Origin: the human T2T-CHM13v2.0 reference genome, Homo sapiens
Assembly: GCF_009914755.1 (NCBI RefSeq)
Contig: NC_060927.1
Length of the DNA: 64,000 nt
Reading direction: 5' to 3' (one strand)
The number at the start of each line of letters is the position of its first letter. Position 1 is the first letter of the stretch. The notes beneath the pieces were generated by a model that searched no databases, was not told the origin of the DNA, and saw only the letters and a program-made list of their open reading frames with translations. This document shows, in pieces, positions 38,608 through 54,300 of the stretch. Position numbers and translations under genes: made by a program.

Positions 38608-40399
38608 GGATCTGCAGCTCCCTTGCTAAAGCCTGCTTCACTCCTCTTCTCCTCATTGTAACATCTTACATACCCATGGTACAAGCATCAAGAACTCTTG
38701 GGGTGTTTAGTTATACCTTTTATTTTGAGTTAATTTTATAACATTCAGTTATAAAAATAACACAGAGATTTCCCATGTATTCTTTATGCAATTTCTCCCA
38801 ATGGGAACATCTCTTCTAGAACTTTTATATTTGAGTATTTTTGTTTTATTCTTCAGGTTTATTCACATTCAGGAGAAAGTTCTCAGATCTCTTCTGAAGG
38901 GACAGAGAAGACAGAACATTTTAAAAAATTATAATGATTTTTTAAAATTATTTTTTCAGGCAGGAAGAATGAGCATCTGCTTTACTCAGACTCATCGTTG
39001 CTTCTCCAGGGACCATCCATGCCCTCAACAGAAACCTCTGGCTGAAAGCTTCTGCAGGTGCTGTCCGAAGAGAACTGCACAGGCAGGAGGGAGGAAGAGA
39101 GCAGGTGCAGCGTTGAAGGCACTTAAAAGCCTCCTGAAACCTTGCACTTGGGTGTGATCTTGGAGGCTGACCATTCAATTCTTCAACTGATGCTTGAGTC
39201 TCAACCTCTGCAGAACACTTCCAGTGTTAGGAACTCACCTGTCTCTAAAAGCTTTGCTAACTTGGAATGCCAGAAAGTTCTTTCACTAGGCATGAGAGCA
39301 GGACTGTGTTTTCTTGTTCACTGTTGCATTCCCACTGCTAGCACAGCATTTCCCAACACAGTGCTTAACAAGTATTAGTTGAGTGAAGGGATGAATGAAT
39401 GAACTAATGATCAGACATATCCAGCCCTGTCTGAGAGGTTGGAAGCATGCTCTCCCTATGAAGAAGGGGTGGAGGCTGCCTGGGACGCTGCAGTCATGAC
39501 CGAGGCCACCCTGTCAGGGACAGAGGCAAGCCCATGTGTGGGTGCCTTGCAGAGCATAGGAGCCCTTGGAACTTGAGAGGGATAGAAATGCTCCAGGGTA
39601 AGAAGCCACTAGGGTTGGGGACATGACAACTCCTTCAGGTGTTCTGAGTGCTGGGGCCGAGTGGCAGCCTTTCTCACAGTCCTGACTTATTACATCCCTG
39701 GGTAAGTAGAGGGAAATTTAATTCATATGTTCCCCAGTTATTTACACAATTCTGAGCAAGACTCCACCATTGTGTAAGAGCCATTTGACGTCGGTGGCAC
39801 TGCTTTCTTTTTTCCATTCTGAGAAGAGTCCTTGAAGAAAAGCCAGCTCCTTCATCTCCGAAGAAGGAAGGGGTAGGAGCCCAGGGAACTGTCATCTGGA
39901 CCTGGCAGGGCTCTGCAGCATCTGGGGAGACTGTTTTCAGAGAGATTCAGAGAGGAGGCTGAGGAGAGGGGTTAAGACAGGAGCACCAGTGGGCTGCTGC
40001 CTAGCCCTGTGCCCCCGTGGGCTCTGCCAGCTGCTGCCAGCAGGAGCTTGGTGGAGGGAGGAGATAGAAGAAGCTGGGAGGTGCAGTGGGAAGATGGGGT
40101 CTTCCAGGCAGGGGTCCTCCAGTCTTGCATTCTGTCATAACCTTGGGAAGGTTAGTTTCTCTCCATAAGCCTCAGTTTCCCCTTCTGCAAAGCATGAGGG
40201 TGTACCTGGTTCTGCAATCTTTATGGGTTTCCAACAGCCTATTTATTCTAGGACTCTTTTTTGTGTCTTATTGTGAATATTATCTGGCACTCCCTAGACA
40301 AATGTCGTTTAAAAAATATTTTTACCATAATCCTCAGTAGGAAATACATTTTACACAATAGCCTACTTTATATAACTGAAACAAAGGTTTCATAAATTA

Positions 40400-41030
40400 A
40401 TACTTATGCTTTCTGTGGGAACAGACATAAAGATTGATGGAACAGAAGAGAGAATGTACAGATAAATCTGTACACTTATGGTCAATTGATTTCTAACAAG
40501 GGTGCCCAGGTAACTCAATGGGGAAAGATGGTCTTTTTAAATAGTAGTGGGACAACTGGTTATCCAGATGCAAAAATAAATAAATACATACATACATAAA
40601 TACATAAACTTAGAGTCTTACTTCACATGATACACAAAAAATTGATTAGTAAATGGATCACAGACAGAATGCAACAGCGAAAAATAAGGAGTGACTGATT
40701 ACACTTATACACACGAAGAATAGGATCGTCCTCACAGACATTATGCTGAGTGAAAGAAGCCCATCACAAAACCCTAAAGATTTTATGATTCCATTTATAG
40801 GGAATTTCTAGAAAAGGCAAAAATAATAGAGACAGAAAGTAGATCAGAGATTCACTGAGGCTGTGGGACTGTATACAGGCAGGAGGGGACTTTGCTGTCA
40901 GAAAATGGAAGTGTTCTAGAACGGTGATGGTGCTTACACAGCGGGACAGATTTACTAAAACCCATCAAACAATACACTTACGAAGCATGGACTTCATGGT
41001 ATATCAATCATAACTTAAATATGACGACTA
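40400..41030 (+). mobile_element. Old L1M (MB/MC/ME-like) fragments
   Basis: atggtcaattgatt...acaagggtgcca; attatgctgagtgaaagaagcc; atgattccatttata...aaaaggcaaaa. Confidence 0.7.
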
Positions 41031-41610
41031 ATAAAATTAAACCTAAAGAATACAGATGATAAATTATTTGTTCATTTTTTAAAATGTAGGTTCTCTGGGT
41101 ATGACGAGTTAGTTCCAAACCACCTCTTATGACTTTGTTCATCTCTCTTCATAACATCCACAGCATCATTACACATAGCTATTGCTTATTAATGACTATT
41201 CACTTGAAAATATTAAAAAGAATAGATACATACTGATTGAATTTATTTTGAAAACTGAATTGTTTTAAGAAAATGAGTTTTATAAGTCTAAGCAGATCTT
41301 TCTACATTTTTATATCCAATACCAACAAATGCCTCTAGTAAATCATAATTAGCCACAGATTCAAGCACATAAGTTTGTCATACCCACTACAGGCCCAATC
41401 TAATTGTTCTGAATGCTTGCGAAGCACAAGGAAAAAAGTTCTATCTCTCTGTAGGTGTTTAGGATGGGAACCAGTCACCTCCAAACCAGTTAATGACTAG
41501 TTTCCTACACAGTTCAGTGGTTTCAAATCTAACTGATCATCAGAATGATTCATTGACCTCATCCCCTGCCCAGACTTAATCAATTGGAATTTCTGTGGGG
41601 ACACTTCTTA

Positions 41611-41917
<307 letters not shown>

Positions 41918-43399
41918 TTCCCAGGTTGTCAGGGAGGTTTATGAGCCTCATTTGTAGCCACATCCTTTGGTATAGTCAGTTTTGAGATAGATCACAGAGA
42001 ACTGGTTTCCAATTATAGCTTAAATAGCAAGGTTTGCAAATAAAGGACATTAAAATATTATAAAGAACAGTATAGATTAAGTTGCCTCAACAATCACACC
42101 ACCCACTATTCCTTGCCTTTGCATCTTTAGAAAGAATTGGTATAATAGTTGTTAGGCTAGAATTCTGCAAACCCCTGAGAACCCACATTGATAACCTCAA
42201 ATTCTTGGCTTTTCAAAGCCTCCTAAGCCTTTTTAGTCAAATGGAGATACCATCAATTAATTTTTTATGTTATCATTTGCCATTACATCAAGTCACCCTC
42301 CTGTATTTGCACAAGCTAATTTAAAAATCAACTGCAGAATTTCCACTTACACTACAGAAGCCAGTTTGTAGCTCTTCACTCTAGATTGTAAATATCTTTT
42401 TGAATCTTCAGTTGTTTAATGAACTCATCAATTCTCCCAGATTAATAGTATCTCAAATTTTACCAAATGAGCTTTTGTATTCAGGACATTTATTTTCATT
42501 GCCTTTGCCTTTAATCAACCTGCAAATCTATTTTCCCTCACACTCTCCCCTTGCTTCTAGCCACCTGCCTCAAGAGGGAAGGGGCCTTCCTCCTTGGTCC
42601 TCAGGAACCTCCCCTCTCCAGCGATGCCTGCTCTGTCTTGTATCCACTGCTTGTGACTCTCAGCCTGCTCGTCTTCCACAGCTTAGACTGATATTCAAAT
42701 CTTTCCCATCTGTAAAACAAAATCTTTCTGTGGCACAAAATTTCCCTTCCCATTCAGCCTTCATCCTCTTTCTCGTTTTCTTTCCCAGTCAAGCTTCTGG
42801 AGAGAGGAATATTTCCTGAGTTCTCTTTATTTCTCTTCTCCAATTAGCTCCTCTTCTCTATTGTCTGATTCTGCCCTCGTTTTTCCAATAAAACCGCTGC
42901 CAGGTGGAGCCATTAGGGACCCTCCGAGTGGCCACATCCAATCCACAGAGTAGGTATGAACCCGTTTTTTGTTCACACCTACTTTAACTTTCCTGCTGAG
43001 TATGTTTTTGTGAAGGATTGTCTCCCTCTTAAGACAATCTTCCTTTAGTTTTTCACACATTGTCTGTTCTCCTTTCTCCTTCCTACACCCCGGACTGCCC
43101 CCCTTCAGCTGAAATCTCAAGGCACTCTTTCCCTTTCATCCCTTGCAAATTGCCTCTGTCTTTGACTGCCTCCTCCTCTCATTCTCCTCCAGTGACTCTT
43201 CAAGTGTGGCTCTGGAATCATTTGTGTCAGAAACACCCAAGGAGCTTTCTGCTTACTAAAGGTGTGACTGGAGTTCTAGTCCAGACCGACTGTATGGAGT
43301 CTCTGGAGGTGGGTAGGAACAGGCATTATAAGCTGTCTCTCCTGGAGATTCTGACACTTTCCCTGGACCACACTTCCCCGCCCCCACTCCACACCCACC

Positions 43400-43903
<504 letters not shown>

Positions 43904-44409
43904 TGTGGGCCTACTTTTTAATGCTTCCCAGTTCATCCTCCCCACTGCTGCCTTGACCCCATCCCATTGCTCTCCTCCTTAAAATCCTTCATGGGGCTCT
44001 CCTCCTTACAAACAGACGCTAAGCTCCATATCCTGGCATAAAGGACCTTTGGTGATTTGGCCCCTGTGCAGCTCTTGGGTCGCCCCCAACTCTCAAATCT
44101 GCTCTGTGCCCCGGAGATATCCTTAACACACCTGCTTGCTCCCACCCTGAGCCTGGCAGTTCCTGCTCTCCACCATGTTTCACTTGCACCCACCTTCAAA
44201 TCTCAGAGTGGGAAACAGCTCCCGAACAAGAGGAAAGGCCTAAGCCCCAGTGTTGGCTCTGCCATTGATAAGTCACATGACACATTGATTATACAATCCT
44301 TGAGCCCCAACTCATATGTAAGCAAAGAGAGGACTTTAAACTGATTGCAGTTTTGGAATACTTAAAAAAAATCAGAAATACAAACTTCGTACAAATGTGT
44401 TGTGAAAGG

Positions 44410-44443
44410 TGCAGTAACAAGTCGTAGCCACCAGAGAGCACTA
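44410..44443 (+). promoter_or_regulatory. Candidate CTCF site with upstream (U) motif
   Basis: TGCAGTAAC, 6 nt, then TAGCCACCAGAGAGCACTA; motif match only. Confidence 0.55.
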
Positions 44444-46852
44444 GAGGATCTCATTCAGCACAAGCGCGGGGCTTTGTCTCCATGACTTAGACTTCATTCT
44501 GGGGGTGGTCTACTCGAATTTGGGGCTGATGGGTGCCATCAGCTCCATGCCTAACCTTTATGTAAGAATATTATGAGACAGAGGAGCAGAATCTGTCACT
44601 TAAAAACTTCACTTTGGGGGAGGCAATGAAACTAGTCGTTAGTTGTCTTTAAATGCACAAATTTCAAAAGCAGCCCTTTCCGTGCTGGCTGGTGCATTTT
44701 GAAGGCTGTCCCAGTACTCCCACCCTACAGCTCATTTTTGGACCTCATATGCCGGACACATGGAGGGAGTTGTTTTGTTCGGGTTCTAGTGGAACCATCT
44801 GTACATTCCTCACTCTCTGTGGGGAGCAGGAATTGATCACAGGAAATGACCTCAGCTGCCTTGGGAAAGACGGACTTCCCATCCCTGCGGCTTTGAGCAA
44901 ATCTGCTTAGTTGAGGGGCTGAGGAGGTAATTCTAGACCCTCCTGTGGCTGGGTTTGAATCTGAGACGCCTCTGAGGATCTGATGAAAGTCATGGACAAT
45001 CCCCTCCAGAATACTCATAATATGCAGATTATTTCAGCAGCTTCGCAGACCTTTTATCTAGGAACCCAGGCTATGGACTATTTAGGGTTCCTCTCAGCTT
45101 TAAGAACCCAATGTCTTATAGTTGTACTTCATAACGAGCTATGCACATTAGCAGCTTTCTAATTTGTAGTAAGACTAAACTCTTGGTTATTTCCTCTGGA
45201 GAAGTGGGGGTGATGCATCCCACTGTTTAGGAATACCTCAATAGTGGATCATCCATCAGATCTGGGCTTTCCTATGAGCACTTCAGCCCCTTAGAGAGGG
45301 TGCATTCTGAAACTCTCCTGCAGGGGAGGCTAAAGAGCCACACATATCCCCAATGAGTCCCTGCTCGCTGGGGATGTGTCCTGGCCACGCAGGGAGGAAG
45401 TGAAGCTTCTTGCCATGTCGGTGTCCACATCTCAGTCCTGAGCTTTCTTTGTAAATCTTTCTGTGTTCTGGGAAGCTCCAGGGACTCTGCCTGCTTTTCT
45501 CTGCGCTGTACAGCTCCTCCATATGCTCCTACCTTTGGAGTTCTTTGCATCCTGAAGCTTGTGACCTAGAAGCTTCATAAGACAAAATAGCTAGCAATGA
45601 CCTTGGGATTAAGATGCTCAGTCTTGTCTTGACTCTGCCGTTTATTAACTGTGGGACTCTCGGCCTCAATTATAAAATAGGAATAATAACTCCTATTTCT
45701 TATCTTATTGGGTTCTTTTATTTTTATTTAACAAATATGCACGGAGCGCCTGTTACGTGCCACTCCCCGTCCTTAGCACAGTTGATAGCAATGAATGGGA
45801 CAGACATGATTCTCTGTCTTGATGAAGCCGACAGTCCAGGGTAGTTTGAGAATCAAATCAGCAAGTATCTGAACACCTTCTGTTAACTACAGAGTGCTCT
45901 ACTCACACACTCTTCCTACTGCTTTTGCTTGATAACAACAACCTTGATCTAGAGAGCAGTGAATCATTTGAAAATTCGTAACACAGCTCCCTTCTGAGCA
46001 TATAGCAGTGCCCTTGTGACATGGTGGGTGCAAACTCTCCTGGGGGTCACAGGGTAGAGCCCCTGACTCTCTCCCAGCCTTGACTGAACTCATAGGGTCT
46101 CCTGGGCTCTAGCAACAGCCATGTTTTCACCTCGTATGCGTTTTTTCCCCACAGTGCCCTGAGCCTTCCAGGAAAATTGATTCACCCAAACAAGCAGGTC
46201 AAGATTTCCATTTGATCTTATTGCTTCATGTGGTCCTAAATTCCCATAGCCATAGTTGCATATAGAAAGTAAATTAATATTAGTAATGGGGAGCTGGGAG
46301 GCCCTCAACTCCCATTTCTCATCTTATCCCCTTTTCCTCTCCAGGTCCACTGGCTGGGTCAGGCTCTGTGTCTGGGCAAGGAGCCATCAGTGGATGGGCT
46401 ACAGATGAGCAGCAGTGGCCCAGTGGTTCTAACTGCTCAGAGGACTTCAGGCAAGAAAATGGGGCTCTTTCTTATCCCAAGGGCTCAGAAATATAAAATG
46501 TTGTCTCTAGCCTCTTCCCAATACTCCTCTCAGTTACAGAAATACCTGCTCCTCTTACCGGGTGGCTTTAAATGGACATCGAGGCATTCAGGCAAGACTT
46601 GCACGTTGAGGGGCTATGTTCACTCGGGAGAGGCTCTGTGTGTGTGAAGGTCACTAATATCTGCATTTTTATTGAAGAACATGTCAGACTTGAGCTATTT
46701 CTGTTCCATGAAAATTATTCAGAAAACTAATTTTTCTGGACAGAGTGAAAAAGGCAGGGACGGGAGGAATTAATGATTAGGGATTTTGAATTCCTCTCTC
46801 TTGCTTCTGAGAAAATTGAAAAATACATGTCAGTTCTGCATTAAAGAAGACA

Positions 46853-47217
<365 letters not shown>

Positions 47218-48243
47218 TCAGCAGTGTCCTAGGGGTGGGGTGAGGTGCTCTGAGGGCTCCCTCTAACCCAGCTGAGAGCAACTCTGCCCTTCCAGATGCT
47301 CAGCTCCAAAGCTGTGCTGGTGTTTCTGACCTCTCTTTTTCTCTCATGCCACACATCACACATCCGGCCAGCCAGGAAGTCCTACTGACTCCCTTTTTCA
47401 AGACATATCTAGTACCCACCCACCTGTCACATCTTCTACTGTCACTGCTGTGATCTGAGCTGTGATCACTTCTCTCCAGGATGATTGCAGTAGCCTCCTA
47501 GCTGGTTTCCCTACTTCTACCCTACACTCTGTTTTAAAAGCCACAGCCAGAGTCATCCTGTAAAGCAGAAGTCACATGGGTTTATTAAGTCAGTCCCCTT
47601 GTAAGCCCTTCTATTAAAAACAATTTTTAAATGATTTGTATTTTCTACTGATCACTGGAATATCCTGACAGACTGTGCAGAGCCTGCTTGTTCTTTGTTT
47701 AGTAGCATTAACCATTACCAGCTCTTTGGCTAGAGTTTACTTCTTTTATTTATTCTTAAAGACAGAAAATTTCTGGAAATGAGATAACAGCAGAAATAGG
47801 TTGAGGTTTCTTCGAAGTTGTTAATTTTTACTTCCTGCTAGCTAAATTGGGCCTGTGGTTCTCCTGAGAAACCCAGAGCGGTGATTTTAGCAGAGCTCTG
47901 CCAGGGTTAGGTCCAAGGGATCCATTCAAGGCTGGCATAACATATCGATTGGGGAAAAATCAAAGAGCCCATGCAAAGTCTACCGGAAATAAATGAGTCT
48001 TGGATGAGCTTCATTAATCCGCAAACATTCCCTGCGTTTTCCTCCTCGCCCATGGTCTTTTCCTTCAAGGGGTTCTTTGCCAACCAAGTTCCTAGATCTT
48101 TATAATGCAAATGTGATCTGAACAATGGGCAGTAATATTGATGATAGCAAATAATTATTAAGCACCCTTTTGGTGCCAGGCACTATTCTAAAAATTTTAT
48201 ATCCATTCATTTATTCACTCATCCAACAAATCTGTTTTGAGTA

Positions 48244-48959
48244 TGTGAATACAAAAGTATCTGAGATGGGTCTCTATCAATGTAGAAAGTTTATTTTGCC
48301 AAGGTTCAGGATACATCTGTGACACAGCCTCAGGAGGTCCTAATGACATGTGCCCAGTGGTGGCTGGGGCACAGCTTGGTTTTATGCATTTTAGGGAGAC
48401 ATGAGACATGTAAGATATACATTGGTTCTGTCCAGAAAGGCGGGACTACTCAAAATGGGGGTTTCTAGGTCATAGGTAGATAAGAGACAAAAGCTTGCAT
48501 TCTTTTGGGTCTTTGATCAATATTTCACTGAAGACACACGCTACATATAAGAAGGGGTAGAGGAGAAATGGTCTTTTATGCCTTAGTCTGGCTCAGTGAA
48601 TCTGCATTTTTGCATAAGCAATACGACAGAGGAAGCAATTGGATATGCATTTGTCTCAGGTGAGCAGAGGAATTACCTTGATTCTGTCTGTCCTTTGTCC
48701 TGCACCTATGAAGATAAGCTATCAATTTACGTTGTCAGGGTGAAATTCCACAGAACTGGTTTAGGGCAAAGATCTTGAGGCCCACAATGAATTTCCTTGC
48801 AGGCAAATTGTGAGGGAGGGATATAGTTTTTTAAAAAAATATTTGCAGCTATCTTATTTAGGATTAAAAGAGGAGGCAGTTTGCCTGATGCAGTTCCCAG
48901 CTTGACTTTTGCCTTTCACTTAGTGATTTGGGGGTCCTGAGATGTATTTTCCTTTCACA
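48244..48959 (-). mobile_element. MER4A-family ERV1 solo LTR
   Basis: Reverse complement starts TGTGAAAGGAAAATACATCTCAGGACCCCCAAATCACTAAG; internal tttattttgccaaggtt...cagcctcaggaggtcct. Confidence 0.85.
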
Positions 48960-49541
48960 AACACTTATTGCATACATGAATAAACAAAACAGAAAAATAA
49001 ATCCCAGCCCTCCAGAGCTTATAGTCTAGCACAGGGAGGCAGAACATATATGATAATCACATGAATAAGTAAATTATATTGTATGTTAGGAGGTGATGGG
49101 TCAGGGAAAAGAAAAGGAAATGAGAGCAGGGATTACAATTTTAAATAATTGTCATCCAGGTAGGCCTCATTGAGGTAGTGACATTTAAGCAGAAGCAGTA
49201 AGAAAGTTATCCCTGTGGGTAGCTGGAGGCACAGCGATCCAGGCAGAAGGACCAGCCAGTGCATGGACTCTCAGGGGAGAGCAACTTTGATGGTCCAGGG
49301 CCAGCAGGGAGTCCTGTGGCTGGAGTGGAGGAAGGAGGGGAATAAAAGAGATGAGGTCAGAGATAAAAGGATGGGCAGAGGCCATGAAGGGCCTAAGGGG
49401 CCACTGTAAGGGTTTGGCTTTCTCTCCAAATCCGGTAGGATCAAGTAGGGAGCCACTGGAGGACTTTAAAAGTGAGCTGACTTAATGCAACTTGTGTTTT
49501 ACAAGATCTCTCTGACTGCTGAGTTGAGATGGACTGTAGGG

Positions 49542-49861
49542 TGTGGAATCCTGAGAAGGTAAGGAAGCAACAATGAGGAAGGGGCCCCAGGTGGGGGAGA
49601 ACAATCCATGGGTATGATGACCTTATTTGGCAGGCACAATGACCTTATTCCACACATATCCCCCTTCAGCAGGATGCTAAAAAACTTTCCTCCAGCCCCT
49701 GCATCTTTGCAGATAGTCCTTTCTCTGCTGTGCTGCCCACTGCCACCTTGCAAAAAAATTTCATGCTTTCTCTAATAAATCTGCCTTTTTGTACCTACAA
49801 CTCTCTTGATAAATTCCTTTACCACCTACGAAGTCAGCCCCAGCCAGTTACCCCCATGACA
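49542..49861 (+). mobile_element. Solo LTR (LTR47-like, ERVL) with 5-bp TSD
   Basis: TAGGG|TGTGGAATCC...AATAAA...CATGACA|TAGGG. Confidence 0.8.
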
Positions 49862-50932
49862 TAGGGTGCCAAAGTGGAAGTCCAGAGACCAGTCGGAGGC
49901 GATTGAAATAATTCTAGGGAGAGATGATGATAGCTTAGCAGAGGAAGTGAGAAACGTTTAGATGCCAGATATGGTTTAAATGTAGCACCAATCAGACTTC
50001 TTGACTTAGTGAGTCTGTGGAGTGAGAGAAAGTGAAGAGTTAAAGATGACTACCAGGTTCTAGCCTGAGATCCTGGAAGGATGGAGTTGGCCATTACTGA
50101 GAGGGAGAAGAATACTGGTGAGTAGGCATGTGGAGGAAGATGAGGAGTCCAGTTTGGGACATGTTAAGCTTATTGGTATCTACCAGAGTGGGCAGCAGGA
50201 CAGGTGAGTCTGGGATTCAGGGAACAGGCTTGGCTGAAGGTATACATTTAGAAGTCTTTGGTACACAAGTGGTAGTTAAAACCTTAAGCCTGGAAGAGCT
50301 TGCTGAGGAAATGTATGCACACACAGAGGAGGACCAAGGACAGGGCCCTGTGGGCTCCAATGTCAGGAGTCTCAGAGAAGATGAGAATGAGAAGGAGCAG
50401 TCAGTGAAAAAGGACAAAGAAAGACAAAGTGGTGCTGTCCCACAAGCCAAGGAAAGGAAATGCCTCAAGGAGGAAGCAAAGATTGGCTGCATCAAATGTT
50501 GCCGGTGGCTTAAGTAGGAGCATGGCTGAAAATCAACCACTGGGCTTAGCAATGTGGAGTCACTGGTGACCTGGACAAGAGCTCTTCATGTGGAGTCATC
50601 AGCATGAAAGCCTTAGTTCGAGTCTCTTTAAGAGAAAATAGGAGAAGAACTGGAGACAGTGAATATATCAACACAAGATTTTTTGCTGCAAAGTACTACA
50701 GAGAAAAGAGGGGGTGGAAGGCAGAGGAAGTGGAGTCAAAGGAAGCTAAAAACTATTATTTTTTATGATGGGACAAATAACAGCCTGTGTGGATGCCAAT
50801 AAGAATGATGCAACAGAGTGGGAAAAACTAACACGATAGGGGAGAAAAGGAAGTGTTTTTAAAACAACGTCTTTGAGTAGTTGAAAGGGGGTAAGACCTA
50901 GCCACTGTAGGTAATTGAAGGGTTGGACTTCA

Positions 50933-51390
50933 TGGTAGTCTACTAGGCTGCCATAACAAAGTACCACAAACTGGGTGGTTTAGGCAACAGAAATTCATTG
51001 TCTTACAGTTCTGGAGGCTGAGAGTCCAAAATCAAGGTGTGAACAGGGTTGGTTGTTCTGAGAGCTGTGAGGCAGAATCCGTTCCATGCTGCTCCCTGGC
51101 TTCTAGTGTTTGCTGGTAATCGTTGGTGTTCCTTGGCTTGTAGGTGCATCACTCTGATCTCAGCCTTCATCTTAATATGGCATTCTCCCCATGTGCACGT
51201 CTGTGAATACACTTTTCCTCTTTTTAAGGATCAGTCATATTGAATTAGGGGCCCACCCTCTTCCAGTATGACCTCATCTTAACTAATTAGATCTGCAATG
51301 ACCTCATTTCCAAATAAGGTCACATCCTGAGGCCATGGGGATTAAGACTTTAACGTATGAATTTTTGGAATACACAAAGAACCCATAACA
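50933..51390 (-). mobile_element. MLT1C/D-type solo LTR
   Basis: ggctgccataacaaagtaccacaaactgggtgg...ccaaataaggtcacat...aacccataaca. Confidence 0.85.
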
Positions 51391-54300
51391 GCTTTAGAAA
51401 AGAGATGGAAAATTTGTCTTTAGTAATAAAAGGGAAGGTAGAGGATTCGTTTGAACATGCTGGCAGTTTTATGGATATATTTGTGACATTCCATAGAAAG
51501 CTCGTCTGATTGTTTCCATTCCCTCAGAGATGTGGAAAGCAAGGTCAGTGGCCGCAGGTGTGGGCAATGGCAGATTGAGGAGAGGGGAAGCTGCAAAATT
51601 GTTTCTAGCAGGTAGGAGAGTGAGTAGAATAAGAAAATACAATATGGTAGCCAGGTAGCTTTAAGGGCACACCTGTGGTCCTTTGTCCTATATTTAAAGC
51701 AGGGCAGTTTGTGTGGTCATGGGTTTTTCTCAAGCTCCTCTCAGTTGCATGGTAGTAGGCAGAGAGTAAAAGGAGAGTTTTGATTAACAAGAGTATTGGT
51801 TTTGCAAAGCGAGTACAGCACACAGAAGAGAAGGAGAGGCAAGGGAGTCGAGAGTAAACATAAGGAAGTTGTAGTGATAGACCCTGAAGAAAAAATTGGA
51901 TAAGAGGGAAGAAAGGACCCTACGTGGAGATACTATGATTACACCAATTTTACAGGTGTGGAAAGTGATACACAGAGAAGTTAAGTACTTTTTGAGGTTT
52001 GATCAATGGCAGAGCCAGAATCCAAACCCAGGCAGTGTGGCTCAAAGCACATAGCTCCCTATGAGAGACACAGGATCAGAAAGGTGGGAGGATGGAGGCA
52101 GGAAAGACAGGGCATCAGATTAGAGTTACAAAACTGATTCCTTCTGCTGACTCCCCACGTAACCTCAAGGAAGGCATTCCTGTTCCCTGTAATATGATAT
52201 TCCATGACTGCAATGATTCCCCTCTCATCTTTGGAGAAGGATCACTTTAATTTTACCAACCCCCCCATCCTCCCTTCCTTTCTTTCCTTAAATGTACACA
52301 ATGTTTCACTATTCACAAAATCTTTTATATTCATTTTCACACTTTGTGTCCACAGTCACCTATGATAGCAGTTATTATTATTTCTACTTTCAAGATAATA
52401 CAATGTGGCTTGGGATAGTGAAGAGATGAACACAAAAGCTGGCTAATAGCAGATCTAGACTTCAAGTCTAAATCTTTAACTTTAAATTCAATTCTCTTTC
52501 CATTTCCTACAATGTTTTCTTCTAAAAATAGTGTTTTCCTGAGTTTGAAATAGGTGAATTGGAGAGCAGGTGTATCCCTGACAGTGGAGGAGTTTGCACT
52601 AGATTAGCACTCTTCTGAGATTCTGCAGAATAAATTCAAGCAGTGATTGTGGTGTTAGAGTAAATGACTGCTCACATGCTTTCCACCCTTGACTCTAGGA
52701 TATGTCAGGGAATAAATGTCTATGTTAACAGAAGAAAGCCTTAATTAGAATGTTTATATCATGTTTAGTATGGCAGGTGAATTTATCTTATTTGTTCTTG
52801 GGGCTGTTTTCTATATAAACAAAAATGCTTCCAAAATATTTGGTAAGCTTCCTTAGTGAAGTGTATTAATTTGAACATTCATTCATTAATTCATCAAACT
52901 TTTATTAATCCCTTGCTATGTGCCTGGAATTGTTCTAGCTGTTATATCTTTGTCTTTAGGAAGTTCAGTTAAGACAGACCTATAAATAAACATTCACCCT
53001 ATAAATGCTGTAGGAGAAATATGCCCTAAGTATTAAGGAACACAGAGCTGGGATTGAGTCACTACCTGGGCAGAGGAAGGAGGACTTCAAGTTGGAGGTG
53101 ACATTGAAGCTTCTTAGAAGAGTTTTCCTGGTAGTGCAGGGGAACAATCGCACAGCCACCACAGCTCTCCCGAGACTGGTCTTGGCACGGCCTCACACCT
53201 GGAATGACAAAGCCCGTACCACACTCACACTTTAAGACAAGCAAAGAGCAGAATGATTCTTTTAGCTCTGAGAGGCCATGAGATTCAAAAGACAGACACT
53301 GTGACCAACACAATTAGGGACAGGAAAGAGGGCATGAGCAGGCAGAATTGAGGTTTCATCTAGGCTTCTTGGGTAAGACAGTAATGTTTCCTTCAGGGTC
53401 TATTGCTACAACTTCCTTGTATTTACTCCCAACTCCCTTGCCTCTCCTTCTCTTCTGTGTGCTGTACTCGCTTTGCAAAACCACAACCCTACCCAGGCTT
53501 GTTGTCAATCTTGTGTTTCTCCAACCAATAGAAAAAACAAAGTCTTCCTGTTTCAGGGGGAAGGACAGAGGATTGGCATGGAGAAGACTTGACAAATGAC
53601 CTACTCACTGCTAGCCAGATTCCCGGCCCACCACTTCTCCTTCCTGAGCCACAGCTTATACATTATGGAGCTGATGTGGTCTCTGGTAATGAGTTTATGG
53701 ATGACTTTTTTCATATTGTTTTATCTTTACTTTCCATATTTGCTGCAATGAAAATGTTTTAATTAACCTTGAAATATTAATGTACTAACCTCAAAAAAGT
53801 GAAAATATAGGGATTGAAGTAAATGGCTTCTAAGACCCATTCTAACTTAAAATCTGATTTTAAAAAGAGAAGCAGTAGAGATAGAGGGGAAAAGAGGAGA
53901 GCGTATGACTTTTGATGACTATAATACATTCTTTGAATGTCTTTTCATAGTGGCTCTAATTTATTAAGCTTCAGGTCTTGTGGAAAACACTTAAATTATT
54001 CAAGTTAACTATGCACACGTAACCACTAGGGTCTGGCCTTTTAAACTCATGCATTCACCCTAGAATAAGGAAAGGCAACATAGTGAAATGTTTAAAGGAT
54101 TTTTTTTTGTCTTTGGATTATATTTGGGTTCATGTATTTCCCAAGTGTCTCTGAGCCCAGTGCTAATAAAATTCAAAGAGAGGCCCGCTTCCTCTATATG
54201 TGAGCATTGGCAGACTACTTCCCCAGACCTAGAGGGTCTCAAGACCCACTAGTAGTGCTGTCAGTCTTCACCTTGAACTCCCTTCGCAGAGCCAAGCAGC

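Larger units (their letters stand above)
48205..51920 (-). mobile_element. Long L2 fragment carrying three nested LTRs
   Basis: L2 3' terminus cattcatttattcactcatccaacaaat at ~48205; L2 body resumes at 48960, 49862 and 51391. Confidence 0.7.

Noticed and set aside
37253-38741. Longest ORFs in the window (327-417 aa, both strands)
   Set aside because: Low-complexity translations of the minisatellite, open in nearly all frames; no domain or gene structure.
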